Assembly: GCF_006345805.1 (NCBI RefSeq)
Contig: NC_043005.1
Location: forward strand, 73,780,001 to 73,844,000
Origin: Octopus sinensis
Taxonomy: Eukaryota
Direction: 5' to 3'
Length of the DNA stretch: 64,000 nt
Shown: positions 26,928-40,367 of the stretch, in pieces
How positions within the stretch are numbered: position 1 is the first letter of the stretch
Layout: each line of letters starts with the position of its first letter
Program-made: the position numbers and the translations under genes
Notes under the pieces: model-generated
What the model was told of the DNA's origin: nothing
Database searches by the model: none
What the model saw: only the letters and a program-made list of their open reading frames with translations

Positions 26928-27285
26928 TATAGGGAAAGTTTACGAACAAAACAAAAGATGAAGACAGGTGGTGTACAAAACAAACAGATGTATTAGTATA
27001 ACGTTCAGGAATAGAAAAAGGTCTTTTTACGTTTCGAGCCAACGCTCTTCTACAGAAAGGTACACAGAAAAAACAAGGAGAGAAACAAGGAGAGAAAAAA
27101 ATGTGTTGTGGCTAACGATCTATCATGGCGGCGTCACCAACAGTAAACAACATAATGTATGAAAACAAGTGAGTTAAATACGCTAACAAAGAGAGAAAGA
27201 TGGAAAACAGGACAAGTAACACAAAGAATGACCCTTCATCAGTTGTCGGCTGTGTATCAACTCCTCATTTCGAGCATTCACATAT
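26928..27285 (-). mobile_element. Penelope-type terminal-repeat fragment with minimal hammerhead variant (27024-27059)
   Basis: CUUU-CUGUAGA-A-GAGC GUUG GCUC-GAAAC-GUA-AAAA; same family as 51950-52260; ends at (TA)n. Confidence 0.6.
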
Positions 27286-27292
27286 ATATATA

Positions 27293-27327
<35 letters not shown>

Positions 27328-27815
27328 GTTACATGTATACATATATTCATCTTGATAAATCGTTGCCGTCAAATATGAAAGCAATTAAAAAAATTCACGA
27401 AAGCTGAATATATTTGATATAGATTTATATAATAAGGATAATCAAATTATTATTCAGAATACTCTGGAAGATTGACTCCAAAAGGTTTGAAAATGTTCGC
27501 CTCTAAATGGAACTTGAACATGTGACATCCTTCGTTATTTCTACCATTAAACTACGTGATAAAAAAATATGTAAACATTAAATACAAATGAATAATTTAA
27601 TGAAATGCTTGTGAGTGCATGCGTATATAAGAACTTTTTCTTCTACTCTGGTTTCCCCTTTTTATTTAACTTACTTTCTTTTTCCCTCTGTCGTTTGCCT
27701 CTAATTCTTTTGCCTCCTTTTTCCCTACTATCACCCATTACATATTATTTCCTTTTTTCCTACTATCACCATTACATATTATTTCTTTATTGCCACAGGA
27801 AGAGTGGTTAAACAT

Positions 27816-28151
27816 AGAGGGGACAAACAAGGACAGACAAAGGGATGAAGTCGATTATACCGACCCCAGTGCGTAACTGGTACTTATTTAATAGACTCCG
27901 AAAGGATGAAAGGCGAAGTCGACCTCGGCGGAATTTGAACTCAGAACTTAACGGCAGACGAAATACCTATTTCTTTACTACCCACAAGGGGCTAAACACA
28001 GAGAGGACAAACAAGGACAGACGAACGGATTAAGTCGATTATACCGACCCCAGTGCGTAACTGGTACTTAATTTATCGACCCCGAGAGGATGAAAGTCAA
28101 AGTCGACCTCGGCGGAATTAGAACTCAGAACATAACGGCAGACGAAATACG
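27816..28151 (-). mobile_element. SINE family A body x2 (3' part of the SINE interrupted by the Tx1 LINE)
   Basis: Two body-tail units joined at 27967/27968; the matching head is at 33431-33495. Confidence 0.9.
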
Positions 28152-28363
28152 AATTTCTTTATTGCCCACCGGGGGCCAAACATAGATATGGACAGTACAA
28201 CTGATGGGATCAGTGAATCGATATGATTTTACATAAATGTGACATCAAAAATAAAATACAATACATAAAAATCGAATGGAATACAGTACAAAAACAATAC
28301 AAATGAAGCGATGATCAAGTTACGCTCCGATCCCACAAGCCCCGATCTACCGCTGATACCTTT

Positions 28364-31300
28364 TTATTTTCCTTTTTTTTTTTTTTTTCGTCTATTCACA
28401 CGGTTCCTTGCACGCACAACACTCGTGCAACATGCTTCCGTCTCTTTTGGAACGTACACTCTGACAGACAGACACCTCTTCTCCAGCCACAGTTTCCTTT
28501 TCAAATGAAAAGAAAAAAAGGATCGTAAATTGTCACCAGAGATAAAGTTGCCTGTCTTAATTCCTTTTATCCTAGTATTCCATACAGCCTCTTTTGCTAT
28601 TGCTACAACCGTGAGAAAACAATTCTTACCTTCGTTCGTTAGAACTCCCGGTGGGTCAATTTTTATAATTGACTCAGTCGACAGCCGTACTCTTCCTTCG
28701 CCGGACAACAGATGTTCAGCATAAGCCCACATTTCAGTTATCTCCGGACACTGAACAATAGCGTGAGGGACGGTTTCCCTGTCCCCACCGCATCTTGGAC
28801 AGGTCGGCGACTGACGTTTACCATGTCTTGCGAGCTTATCCCAAACGGGCAAGGCACCTCTGTAGCATTGCCAGGTTAAGGACTTTTGGAAGTTGTCCAA
28901 CGTTCTCAACCCGAATGTACGATGAAACAAGCTGTCCAGTTGAATAAATCCGAGACCTAGAGTCGACCCCAGGCCATCGTCGCATTCAGACTCTACCAAC
29001 CCACTATATAAAATCCGTGTGGAACCCCCACCGCTGGCGTTGCCCGAGCGCCGGAACAGCAAGAGGGCCTTACGGCACTCTTTATGCCACTCACTCGACC
29101 TCGGTCTACGAGAACACCAGGCTTCCTGTTCGCAAAAACTCTTGAACTCAGGGAACATTTGTCTGGCCAGCGGAGACCACACCCGTTCACTATCCAGGAG
29201 AATCCAGAGGTGCCTCAACCTCAACGCATGTCTGCGCATCATTAACCAAGGCATCCCTAAACCTCCATTTAAAGGCTTTTGACAGCAGACAGAGCGTTTC
29301 ACAAGTGGCGACCTGCCCTTCCACAAAAAGCGAAAGAGCTGTCTCTCCAACCTGATCAACCACGAATCCGGACAGGGCACGACAGTCAGGCGGTAGGTAA
29401 TGACCGATGCGATAAACACATTGCCACTTCCGCCCTCCCTTTCAGGGATAGCCACCGCCAAGACCAAGTCTTGACTACTGCAGCCACCCTGCTCAATACC
29501 TCCGTCCAGTTCTTCTCTATCTGGAGGCCTGGTCCAAACCAGACTCCCAGCAACTTAACCGGTCCCTCCGTCCAGCGCCTAACAACACTGTCTGAAGGCA
29601 TCGACTTGCCAACCCAGGTGCCGAGCTGCAAGCCGACCGACTTTTCCCGGTTAATCTTTGCTCCTGCTACCTCCTCGTAAGCCTCAATAGTCTTACCTAC
29701 TTCACGTAGGCGTACCACTGTGGTTACACTGATAGTGATATCATCCGCGAAAGCCGTAACAAACTCCTCTAGTCCTGGTTCTCTCGGGATGCCACTCAAC
29801 CTTTGCAGTAATGGCTCGAGAGCCATCACATACAAAAGTGGTGAAAGCGGACATCCTTGACGAACCGAGCGTCTGATGCAGAACGGCTTCGAAAGGAACC
29901 GTTCGCCCGAACTATCGAGTCAATGTTGTGGTACAAAGCGATAAACCACCCTGAGGAAGCCAAGGCCCAGGCCAAACCGCGCAAGTACAGTCGCTAGGTA
30001 TCGATGGTCAACCCTATCAAAAGCTTTAGACTGGTCCAAATGCACCAATGCCCCACCTTTGCCAGATTTATTACCAAACCTCTCTATGGTATAGCGAATA
30101 AGATGGAGGGTATCCTGAATGGTTCTGCCTGGGATGGCACATGTCTGTGCCTCCCCGACTATACCATTCGCGACACGCGCCAACCTTTTTGCTAGAACCT
30201 TGGCCAAAATCTTCACTTCTGCGTTTAACAGAGTGATGGGCCTGAAATTCTCTAGAACGTCCCCCTTGTCCGGGTCCTTTCTGACCAACGTCACTACTCC
30301 CCGGCGCACAGATCTGGGGATAAACCCATTCTGTTTCCAGTTCGCGTACACGTCAGTCAGTAGTTGCCCGAACAAGTCTGGCATACATTTATACAGCTCG
30401 TACGGAAGACCATCAAGTCCCGGTGACTTACCCGCTTTACAATCGGCCAAAGCCTCCATCACCTCCCCAAGTGTGATTGGCCCTTCGCAAGACTCCGCAT
30501 CCGACCCCGAGAGGCACGGCAGCCCGGTAAGAAAGTCCTCGAGGGCTCTCCCACCACCAGGACCGCCGTCACCCCCGAACAGCTGGGCGAAGTACTCCCG
30601 AAAGACCTCACACATTTTCTCGGGTTCGTTTATCAAGACACCATTTGATTCGTCAAAGACCGAATAGAGGAATTATTTCCTTGCCGAGCTTCTACCACTC
30701 GGGCCCATCCAGCGGCTTTGATTCCTTCACTTCCCATTGCACGTAACTTAGCTCTGGTAATACTTCCCATGTGGTGGGCTTCAAGATGCTGGTTTAACTC
30801 CAGTCTTTCACACCCTCGCTTGGTCTGTATTACCAGTCCTCCAGGCTTCTTCTAGTTCCTTACTAGACCATCTCCTATTTTTACGTCCTTCTTAGCTAAA
30901 CTTATGCTAAACCTAATAGACTCATATTTGATGGCTCTTTTTAGGGCGTACCACCATTTGTTATTAATGATGGTACCTGTTAATGCCCTCTGTATTAACA
31001 TCTTGATCCGCTTTCTGTACTCCTCAATCGCCAAAAGGGACGTATTGAGTTTCCAGTAGCCAGATCCCTGTCTATGCAACTTATCTACCGTCAGTTTACA
31101 GTAACCATCTTGTGGTCACTGTAGCTGACTAGAAAAAACTGTGGACACTCAACTATGGACTTATCTTTTTCTCTAATTAAAATCCTATCTAGATATGTTC
31201 TGGTAGACCCGTCACTATTTGACCACGTCCACTGTGGAGTGTTCGGGTGCTCCAACCTATATGGATCTGCTAGCTGAAATTGACTTAGCAGATCCCGAAA

Positions 31301-31800
31301 GCCTGTGTTACATTTTCTGTTCATGTTCGAGTTTGAGCCAACACAATCTGTGTGTGCTGCACATATTGTATTAGAGTCTCCTAACACTACTAGTGAATGC
31401 GACGTGGCTAGGAACTTCCTAGGCCACGAAAATATTCAGTTTGCTGGCCAATAATGTTTGGTGCATAAATAGCGACCAGCCTGATTGTCTTGCCACAACT
31501 GAATGTCAAGTCGAGAACGACCAGCCTGCCTTCTGGGTCAGAAAAAACCAACTTTTTCTCGGCTACCCGGTTTCTTTTTAGTAGGACCAACACCCCACCC
31601 CCACCTCCCGCCCGACTCGGAGAAACGTATTTCTCGTAGCCGTTCAGGAGGGGGAGCAGATCTCTTGGCCCCTTCACCCGGGTTTCCGTTGCAACAATTA
31701 CATCCAAATTTCTCGACCTGATGTCATTCAGAAAGCGTCCTTGCTTCCAGCTTGACAACAGGCCATGAACATTTAAACAACCAATGTGAATAGCCATCAC
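28364..31800 (-). pseudogene. LINE ORF2: AP-endonuclease + reverse transcriptase + C-terminal Cys/His finger (several frameshifts and stops)
   Basis: IGCLNVHGL..ATET, LGDSN, YLDRIL..SDH (APE); KSPGLDGLP, FRPITLLN..KILAK, LDQSKAFDRVDH, FADDIT (RT); CPRCGGDRETVPHAIVQC. Confidence 0.93.
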
Positions 31801-31809
31801 TTACCTGTT

Positions 31810-33293
31810 TAATTAGGATTGTCCGGTGGAGGGGGACCCTCCACCTTTTTTTTTCCAGGGTCGGAGGTGGACGGTCTTGGGAAATAGATTTGTCAAAATC
31901 CCGTCTCACCACCGACACAGAATTATCAGGTGGAGGGGGAATCTCCACCTTTTCCTTTTCTCGCGGGATCGGAGCTGGTAATCCATGAAATATCGACTTG
32001 TTAAAATCTAATCTCAATGAAGATACAGTCTTTCTGTACTTATTTTGTAGAATTCTATAAGTCTTATTTGAGACTTCATATATGTCGTAATTGATAAATT
32101 CCTCTGAAAGGTTATCAATTTTTTTTACAGTCTTTATGAGTTGAATGTCTCTCATGAGCTCAGTATCTTTAGTGTATACGGCTATTATGCCTTTTTTCTT
32201 TTTCTCTTCTGGCAGTCTTTTTTGGTCGTTGTTCTGTAGTAGTCGCCGCTCTCGGCTGGGTTGCTGGTTGTATTTTTCTTTTGTTTGTTGTTTTTTCTCA
32301 TCTGTTTCTTTTTCTCTTATCTTCTTCCTCTTTGTCTTTTTTCTCGGGGTTTTCGGCCCTCAACAAACACCACGAGGTTCTTCCTCCCCTACCTCAATTG
32401 TCTCAGGAATTGTTTGAATTATTTTAGGGTCCGCTTGAATGAGAAGATTAATTGTTTACCATCCCAGCGTGGGTTTTCCGTAGCGGTAGCCTGGAGGAGA
32501 GTAATTTTTTCTACCTCTTTGATTAGGACTGCCGCCAACAACCACATAGGTTCGACCTCTGGCGGGACCCTTGTAATTTTTATTCGCGACGTCCTCATCC
32601 CCATATAATAGGGTATTAACTCCACGTCGTTCGTTTTCAACGTTTCCACTGAGTTCTTGTGTGTTATTTCTTTATTGGTGAACCTTACTTCCACCGTTCC
32701 GAATTTTTTTCCTCTTCTCAGAAATACTACGTCGCCCAATATGGCTTTAAGCACTTTTCTATTTTCTCTTCTGACATTCTTTCAATTTTTCTATTTTGTA
32801 GACAATATGTTTTGAAAATTATTGTTTTTTGCTTTTCTTCCTGTAATAACTTTTGCGGAGGTTCAATTTTCACACTGTTGTCATTTATTTCCATCATTTT
32901 GCTGTATTTCATAATTTCGCTTTTATTCGTCGACAGTATCTGGGTTCCACCCCCAGCAGCCAACGCAAAACTTTTTTTTCCATTTTTTGGTTCTATCTGG
33001 ATGCTAGGCACATCAATTATTCTCTTCGACACAATGCCTTTGTTCTCTGGCAAAGTCGGAAACTCTTCTGGTGAAAGTTCTGACGAGCTCTCAGACACAT
33101 CTCCCAAAATATCAAATATATTATCCTCTCTGCTATTCCTTCTTGTAGCGGGGGAAACCCCTATTTCCTTGTCTGTAGTTGGCTCCTCGCCGGACATGTA
33201 TTTTCTCCTCTCAACAGGAGAAACAAGTATTTCTGCTCCAACGGTAGGCTCCATGCTAGACGACATTCTTCCCCCCAAAGGGGGAATGAACAA
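31810..33293 (-). pseudogene. LINE ORF1 (fragmented; acidic/Ser-rich N-terminus, RRM-like middle, Lys/Glu-rich region)
   Basis: Minus ORFs 33293-32727, 32754-32419 and 32155-31724 lie directly upstream of ORF2. Confidence 0.75.
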
Positions 33294-33430
33294 CGCGTGC
33301 TACCACAAGCACTAAGTGTTTTCAATTGACAACTCCAACAGTTAAGTTATTCAACAGTTTAACAAGAAACAACAGTTGTTAACAATATTAACACCACGAA
33401 ACAGCAATTCTTACTTCACGAACACATGTG

Positions 33431-33495
33431 CGGCAGGCGAAATACGGCTACGCATTTCGCCCGGCGGTGCTAACGTTTCTGCCAGCTCGCCGCCT
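33431..33495 (-). mobile_element. SINE family A head (5' part of the interrupted SINE)
   Basis: AGGCGGCGAGCTGGCAGAAACGTTAGC..CGTATTTCGCCTGCCG then switches abruptly to the LINE 5' UTR. Confidence 0.92.
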
Positions 33496-34474
33496 AAAAA
33501 CAGATATTTACATATACCTACACAACATAAGTTTTATTTTAGTAAGAACAAACATACATACATGTACACATGTACATGCAAATAATTTTAAAATCTACAG
33601 CTTGTTCAAGAGTATTGCAGTTATCTTTTCATACATATAAAGTATGTAAAGTTGTTGAACAACGTATTAAAATTTGCTAAAACGTTACGAACTTAGCTGT
33701 GCCAACACAGAATAATATTGTAGGCAATGTGTTCGATTTCGCTCTATGTTTAAAATAGTTAAAATTGTTTGCCGTATATCCGAAAGCGTTTATCTGTATA
33801 TCACATATTCAAAAAAAAATCTAAGAACATAATCACAATGGAGAAATAAAGAGACGGGAATATTATTTTCTCATAGACAAAATGTATGCAACTAACTCTT
33901 ACGCAGTTTCATTTACTGACGTAAAGATAAAAATATTAGATAACAACTTTCAAGGCAGACGAGTTGACATTTAAATAACAAAGAATATAATTTTCACAGA
34001 TGTTATCACAAAAGACGCGTCTTGTGTACTAGCATTGTAGAATTCGCACCATCTCAAGAATAAAACGCTTCAGAACAATAAAACGCTTTCAACGGAAAAC
34101 AAATTTTCTCTCTCAATTTACAAAATTCTTATATTTTCAAAGTAGTTGTGAAATTACCGCAGGTAATGCTAGTTATAATACTTTTATTTCGTGCTTTATA
34201 TCACATTGTATTTAAAATATTTTATTAATGATAAAAGCTATAAAAATACCTTTTCTGTTATCTATCATCTAATGCACTGTCGACCATTAACACATCCTCC
34301 CACTGTTAGCTTTTTTTTTGCTTTGTTTTGGGTTTTTTTCTTTTGTTAAATTGAGGTTTCCCTGAATGTATGCATGTGTGTGAGTACGTATGAATGTTTG
34401 TATGTATGCATGTATGTATATGCACGTTTACGCGCATGCGTACAAAGAGAGGCAGAGAGAAAGCGAACGAGACA

Positions 34475-34506
<32 letters not shown>

Positions 34507-34512
<6 letters not shown>

Positions 34513-34705
34513 ATCCAAACAAGAAAGCACAAAAAAACACAACAACGTTAGGACGTGGAACAAATATAGTATTATTGGACGCTCAGGAAAGAAGGAGGGT
34601 TTAACGTTTCGAGCGGAGCTCTTCGTCGGAAACATAGGAGAAGGAAAGATCCAGAGAAGGGAAGACAGAGGGAAAAAATCGCCAACGGTACACACGCGGT
34701 CACAT
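34507..34705 (-). mobile_element. Penelope-type terminal-repeat fragment with minimal hammerhead motif (34599-34633, core CCGACGA)
   Basis: Near-identical to 55255-55468; 3' end abuts (TA)n. Confidence 0.65.
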
Positions 34706-34726
34706 TTTTATTTATGCGCCCTTTTC

Positions 34727-34995
34727 AAACCTAGCCAGGCTCATGGGTTCGGTTTCCCAGTTTCTGTGGCATATGTGTTCCCCCCAGCTGGACGGGACGC
34801 CAGTCCATCGCAGCGTTACTCAAAGAACAGGAAGAAAGAGTGAGAGAAAGTTGGGGCGAAAGAGTACAACAGGAGTTGCCACCAACCCCTGCCGGAGCCT
34901 CGTGGAGCTTTTAGGTGTTTTCGATCAATAAACACACACAGCACGATCCTCCGACCGCGAGTCCGCTGCCCTTACCACTGGGCCATTGCGCCTCC
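34727..34995 (-). mobile_element. SINE family C (GGAGGCGCAATGGCCCAGTGG tRNA-like head)
   Basis: Homologous to 45645-45985. Confidence 0.85.
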
Positions 34996-34997
34996 AC

Positions 34998-35078
<81 letters not shown>

Positions 35079-35143
35079 GAAAGAGAGAGAGAGAGTCTGT
35101 ATGTGCGAGACAGATAGTGCGTGTGTGTTTGTGTGTAATAGGC

Positions 35144-35177
<34 letters not shown>

Positions 35178-35547
35178 TTGTACGCAAAGATATTTCGGTC
35201 ATAATCATAGAATTACGTAAGACAGTAGAAATTTATTACATAATGTCTACAAACGAATATTTTTCACTCGTGTTCGTTATTAGAAGTATGTGAGTGCGTA
35301 TGTGTGTGCGCAGGCGCGCGTATGCGGATCTCTCAGATACCTGCACCATTAACGTACTTCTCAGATAAAAATGAACATCACACAGTCTATCAAGGTTGGA
35401 CTTTGAATTACAGACACAATACATCTAACAGGTTTCTATACAGTTTCAATCAGTTTCAATCACAAGTCTTGGATAAAGCCAGGACATTGGTAATAGACGC
35501 TTGTACAAGATGTCATAGAGTAGAAATGACCCCGTCACCTCGCGATT

Positions 35548-35885
35548 GCAATCTTCTTATCTTCTTCTTCTTAATTCTTTTTGCCCATTGTGGAGCATAA
35601 GGCCTCAACAGTTGTTTTCCACATTTTACGGTCATCTGCGTGTTTCTTCATTGCTTCCCATGTCAGGCCGGTGGTCCTGAGCTCGTCCAAAATGCTCCGC
35701 TTCCATGTCTGCTTCGGGCGTCCTCGCTTCCTTTTCCCCTGCGGGTTCCAGTCAAGTGCTTGTCGTGTCACATTTGAGGGTTCTTTCTGCAGTGTCCCCC
35801 CGATCCATCTCCATTTCCTTCGTCTAATCTGAACATGTATGGGCTCCTGGTTGGCCCTTTCCCACAGGTCGGTGTTTGGCTCTAA
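35548..35885 (-). mobile_element. 5'-truncated RTE-clade LINE 3' end
   Basis: TRQALDWNPQGKRKRGRPKQTWKRS..WKTTVEALCS followed by a GAA-rich tail. Confidence 0.9.
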
Positions 35886-36044
35886 TGCATACTTCGCAAT
35901 CGTTCGACCTTTCTTCGTTTGACGTCATAGAATGTAACAGAATTATTTAACTGAGACTAGACATGGGTACCATGATGGCTTAGGTTGCGTCCAGGTTGCA
36001 GCACCGACTTGGAAAATGTTAGTTGAACGAACTGACTCCAGTAC

Positions 36045-36103
<59 letters not shown>

Positions 36104-36399
36104 GGGTTGGTGCATAATTATTGCGGCTTTTTTTTCAACAAATTTTATTCAACAAAAACAATAAAAATATTGGTTTATCTGCCCCTGGGCCCGCATTAGG
36201 CAAGACGTTGAAAATTCTCTTGGCCCATGACACTCCATGGACCCTAAGTAATGCATGTGTAAAATTTTGATAAAATTGTATTGGGTACTTCTCGAGTTTA
36301 GGAATTCACACAAACAGACTCACATTCCCAGTTTTATATATAATAAAAAAAATTAATTAATTAATATAATAAAATATATATAAATATAAAAATATACAT

Positions 36400-36449
<50 letters not shown>

Positions 36450-36832
36450 TTGTATATATATATAAAATTTATAAGTTTAAATTATTTAAATAATTTTTTA
36501 TTTTTAACTTTTATATTTTAAATTAATTTTATGTATTGCTTATGTTTTTCACTGTTTGATTTGCCTAATAGTGGTTTTATCTCTAATTAATATAATATAA
36601 TATATTTATACTATAAAATTGGATTTAATCCTAAATCTAATTTTTCCCTGTAAGTTGGATTTATTCCCTAATATTATTATATTTATATATATAATATATA
36701 TATATATATATTATAATAATATATATATATATATATAAATATACATATATATATACATATATTATATATATATATATAAATATACATATATATTATATAT
36801 ATATATACATACATACACACACACACACCCAC

Positions 36833-36888
<56 letters not shown>

Positions 36889-36904
36889 TATATATATATA
36901 TATA

Positions 36905-36935
<31 letters not shown>

Positions 36936-38289
36936 TGTAGTTATGTATGTAAAGGTCAGCTATTTTGACCCGTGCTTCGTTCGGATTTTGGTGGTGGTGT
37001 TGTTTTGTGCGTGTTGTCTCCTTTTCCCTTTCTTCTTTTGGTCGTCTTCTTTACCTGGTTCTTTTTATTGCCCTCTTCTTTTTCTTTTTCTTATTTTTAA
37101 ATTTTTCTTCGTCTTTATCTTCTATTTCTTCTTTCTCTTCTTCTTCCACTGTTTCTTTTCTCCTTTTCCCATATTCCTCACCATGGCAACCAAACGGTAG
37201 CCCCGAGCGACTTGCAACCCTCCTCACACCATTGCCCACCCCATTTTACCCCCCAGTGTAAATTTTGGCGCCAATCCGAACCCATAAACCGTTCCCATCC
37301 CAAAATGAGACAAATAACCAAGAAATCAAACAACTTTTCCGCATTTAAGCTTTATAGATATTGATGTATATATCTTTTATTTTTCATCCTCTACTTGTTT
37401 CAGTCATTACACTACAGCGGTGCTGTTGGCACCGCCTTGAAGAATTCTAAGTAGAATGTATCGACCCCAGTACTTATTTTTTAAAAGTCTGGTACTAATT
37501 TCATCGACGTCTTTTGCCGAACCGCTACGCTATGGGGACGTAAACACACCAAGCAGTTGAGAGAGGGGAAAAAAACACAAAGACACACACACACAACTGG
37601 CTTCTTTCGGATGATGCTTCCATGGTACTTGCATTTTAAAAGTAGTTATTAATTTGTTTCAATGTTCGTCTATCTCTCGCTTTTAAGTCAACGATCATGA
37701 ATATCTGTTGAGCGCTACATTCTTCTCTTAGTAAAGATTTTGTATTTTTTGAAGCAACTCTTTAGAACTCTTAGGCGCAGGCGTATCTGTTTATAAGAAG
37801 CTTGCTTTCCAAGTATGTGATTCTGGGTTCAGTCCCACTGCATGGCACCTACTATAGCCACGGGTTGCTCGAAGCCTTGTGACTGGGTTTGGTAGCGGAA
37901 ACTGAAAGAAGCCTTCGTATGTGTTTGTGTATGTGTGTGTGCCTTTATGTCGGTATATCTTCAACCACCGCTTGATAGCAAACGTTGGTGTGTTTACATC
38001 TCAGTAACTTAGCAGTTCGGCTAAGGCGATCGATAGAACAAGTGCTAGGTTTAAAACGAATAAGTCCTGGGGTCGATTTGTTCTATTAAAAACTCTATGA
38101 GGTAGTGCCCCCGCATGGCCGCAGTCAGATGACGAAACAAGTAAAAGATTAAAATACCTATTTCATTTTGTGATGAGTAACATATCTTTCTGATTTGTTG
38201 TCTTCGCTTGATTCTAATCATGTATTTGGATGATTTGATGAGATTGCAGTTCGTTGAGAGGTTAAGCTTTCTCATACGATAGATATAAA

Positions 38290-39150
38290 ATAAAATGAAA
38301 TTGGTGCAAAGAAAGTAACAATCCTATACATGAAAGTATATCTTATTTGATATAAAAGTTGAGGGTAATCAATTTCTAAAAATCCCAGTTTATCCCGATT
38401 CTCCTTTAAGCATTTACTAACAAAACTTAGTGCTCCAATTATTATTGGTATGAATATGAATTCATAGTCTGGATATAGAAGCTGGAGGTTTCGAAGCAGT
38501 TGTCCATAGGTATCCTCTTTTCCTTTGATTTTCAAAGAGATATTTATATTTGCAGGGCAGCTTTGCCTCTCTGTCTCAAACAACAATATCCATTCTGTTA
38601 TGCTTACATTTGACAGAGGTTTTGATGGGATTATTCCACCGGTATTACTTGAGTTGGTGTTTATGAATGTCTACCATAACAGAAGGATTTTCTAATTTTA
38701 TTTCAGGATAGTCTTTTTGCAGATAGCATTGTAAATTGTTTTAGCAACAACATCGTGCCGCATAGGGAAGTAGTACCATGTCGACATTTTAGGACAGCTG
38801 CTAATCACATGCGTAATGTCTTCCACAGAAACATGACATAGCCTACACATGCGGTTGCACCTTGGGATTACAAGAGCATCACTGTCTCTCTTGTTCACCA
38901 GGTACTTTGTGGCAATCTCTTGTTCCTGGATTGCAAATGCATAACCTTCGAAGTGTGATGTGATGTAGTGGTCTTGTATCCAAGACAGGACACGCTTTGT
39001 GTCAATTCTACTGTCTTCTTCAAGCTTCCGGGTAACATACCCATGCATGGTCCCTTTTTTTTTTGTATGCTGATTACTTTCCATCCAGGTCTCCTCTGAA
39101 GTAGGAGAGCCCAGCTGTTTTGGGGTTGTATAAGAAATCATCAGGAAGAT
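38290..39150 (-). mobile_element. R4/Dong-like (restriction-like endonuclease) LINE 3' fragment
   Basis: CRLCHVSVEDITHVISSCP..RHDVVAK (CCHC), KHNRMDIVV (RPD-like), K..KEDTY and IPIIIGAL motifs. Confidence 0.8.
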
Positions 39151-39390
39151 TATGTATGTATGTATGTATGTATGTATGTATGTATGTATGTATGTATGTA
39201 TGTATGTATGCATGCATGCATGTATGTATGCATGCATGCATGTATTATGTATGTATGCATGCATGCATGTAGTGTATGTATGCATGCATGCATGCATGTA
39301 TGTATGTATGTATGTATGTATGCCTGCATGTATGTAGTATGTATGTTATGTATGTATGTATGTATGTATGTATGTATGCCTGTATGTAGT
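39150..39390. repeat. (TATG/CATG)n microsatellite
   Basis: Direct reading. Confidence 0.95.
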
Positions 39391-40136
39391 GTTTTTAGAC
39401 AGAAGGCTCATGAGATATATTATCTCTGCATTAATTTTACATTTTGCAATGTATTTACATCAAGAATGATAGAAAGACGGCTATTTAATTTAACATTAGT
39501 TCCGTTGCATATAACGGATTTTTTTTTATTCAGGTGACTATTAGCATCATCAGTGATTGCTTACTCAGTGTCTTTTTATATCGGTATCGACCGATGTCGA
39601 TGCTCTGTGCAGTTGGCTGTGAGTATATATCCAGAAAGGCAGAAATACACATTTAGCTTTCTCACCGTTCGTTTTTAAGATGTTTTCCGTCTACCTCCGA
39701 TATATATATATATATAATGTGCTTTTAAACACAGCACATCCATAAGAGATATCTCCAGTAAAATACTGTTGTGATACATACATACATACATACATATATA
39801 CATACATACATACATACTACATACATACATACATACATACATACATACATACATACATACATACATACATACATTCACATATACACACATACAAACATAC
39901 GTACCAACATACATACATACATACATACATACATACATACATACATACATACATGCATGCATGGATACATGCATTCATACTTACACACACACACACCACA
40001 CACACACACATACACACACACACACACACTCACACACACACATACACACTTTGTACTTCTGCAGAAAATGTGTGACACAAATGAAACGAAATAGCTGCAC
40101 GTAATGTTGAAAGTAAAAATAGAGATAGGCGCAGGT

Positions 40137-40367
40137 ATTTCTTTACTACCCACAAGGGGCTAAACACAGAGAAGACAAACAAGGACAGACAAACGGATTA
40201 TGTCGATTTTATCGACCTCAGTGCGTAACTGGTACTTAATTTATCGATCCAGAAAGGATGAAAAGCAACGTCGACCTGGTGAAATTTGAACTCAAAACGT
40301 AGCGGCAGACGAAATACGGCTACGCATTTCGCCCGGCGCGCTACCGTTTCTGCCAGCTCGCCGCCTA
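40137..40367 (-). mobile_element. SINE family A, full copy
   Basis: Head, B-box and AAAGAAAT tail on the minus strand. Confidence 0.9.

Larger units (their letters stand above)
28152..33430 (-). mobile_element. Full-length (5.28 kb) Tx1/L1-clade non-LTR retrotransposon, frameshifted
   Basis: ORF1 plus ORF2 (APE-RT-Zn finger); 16-bp TSD (15/16) CGGCAG(A/G)CGAAATACG at 28136-51 / 33431-46. Confidence 0.93.

Noticed and set aside
27230-27275. CUGAUGA and GAAA on the minus strand as a type II hammerhead
   Set aside because: Stems I and II cannot be formed.
28993-32608. Plus-strand and alternative-frame ORFs over the LINE (e.g. 29279-29680, 30119-30667)
   Set aside because: Antisense shadows of ORF1/ORF2.
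36102-36150. Mariner-like TIR TTGGGTTGGTGCATAATTATTGCGGC
   Set aside because: Single end only; no partner TIR or transposase seen.
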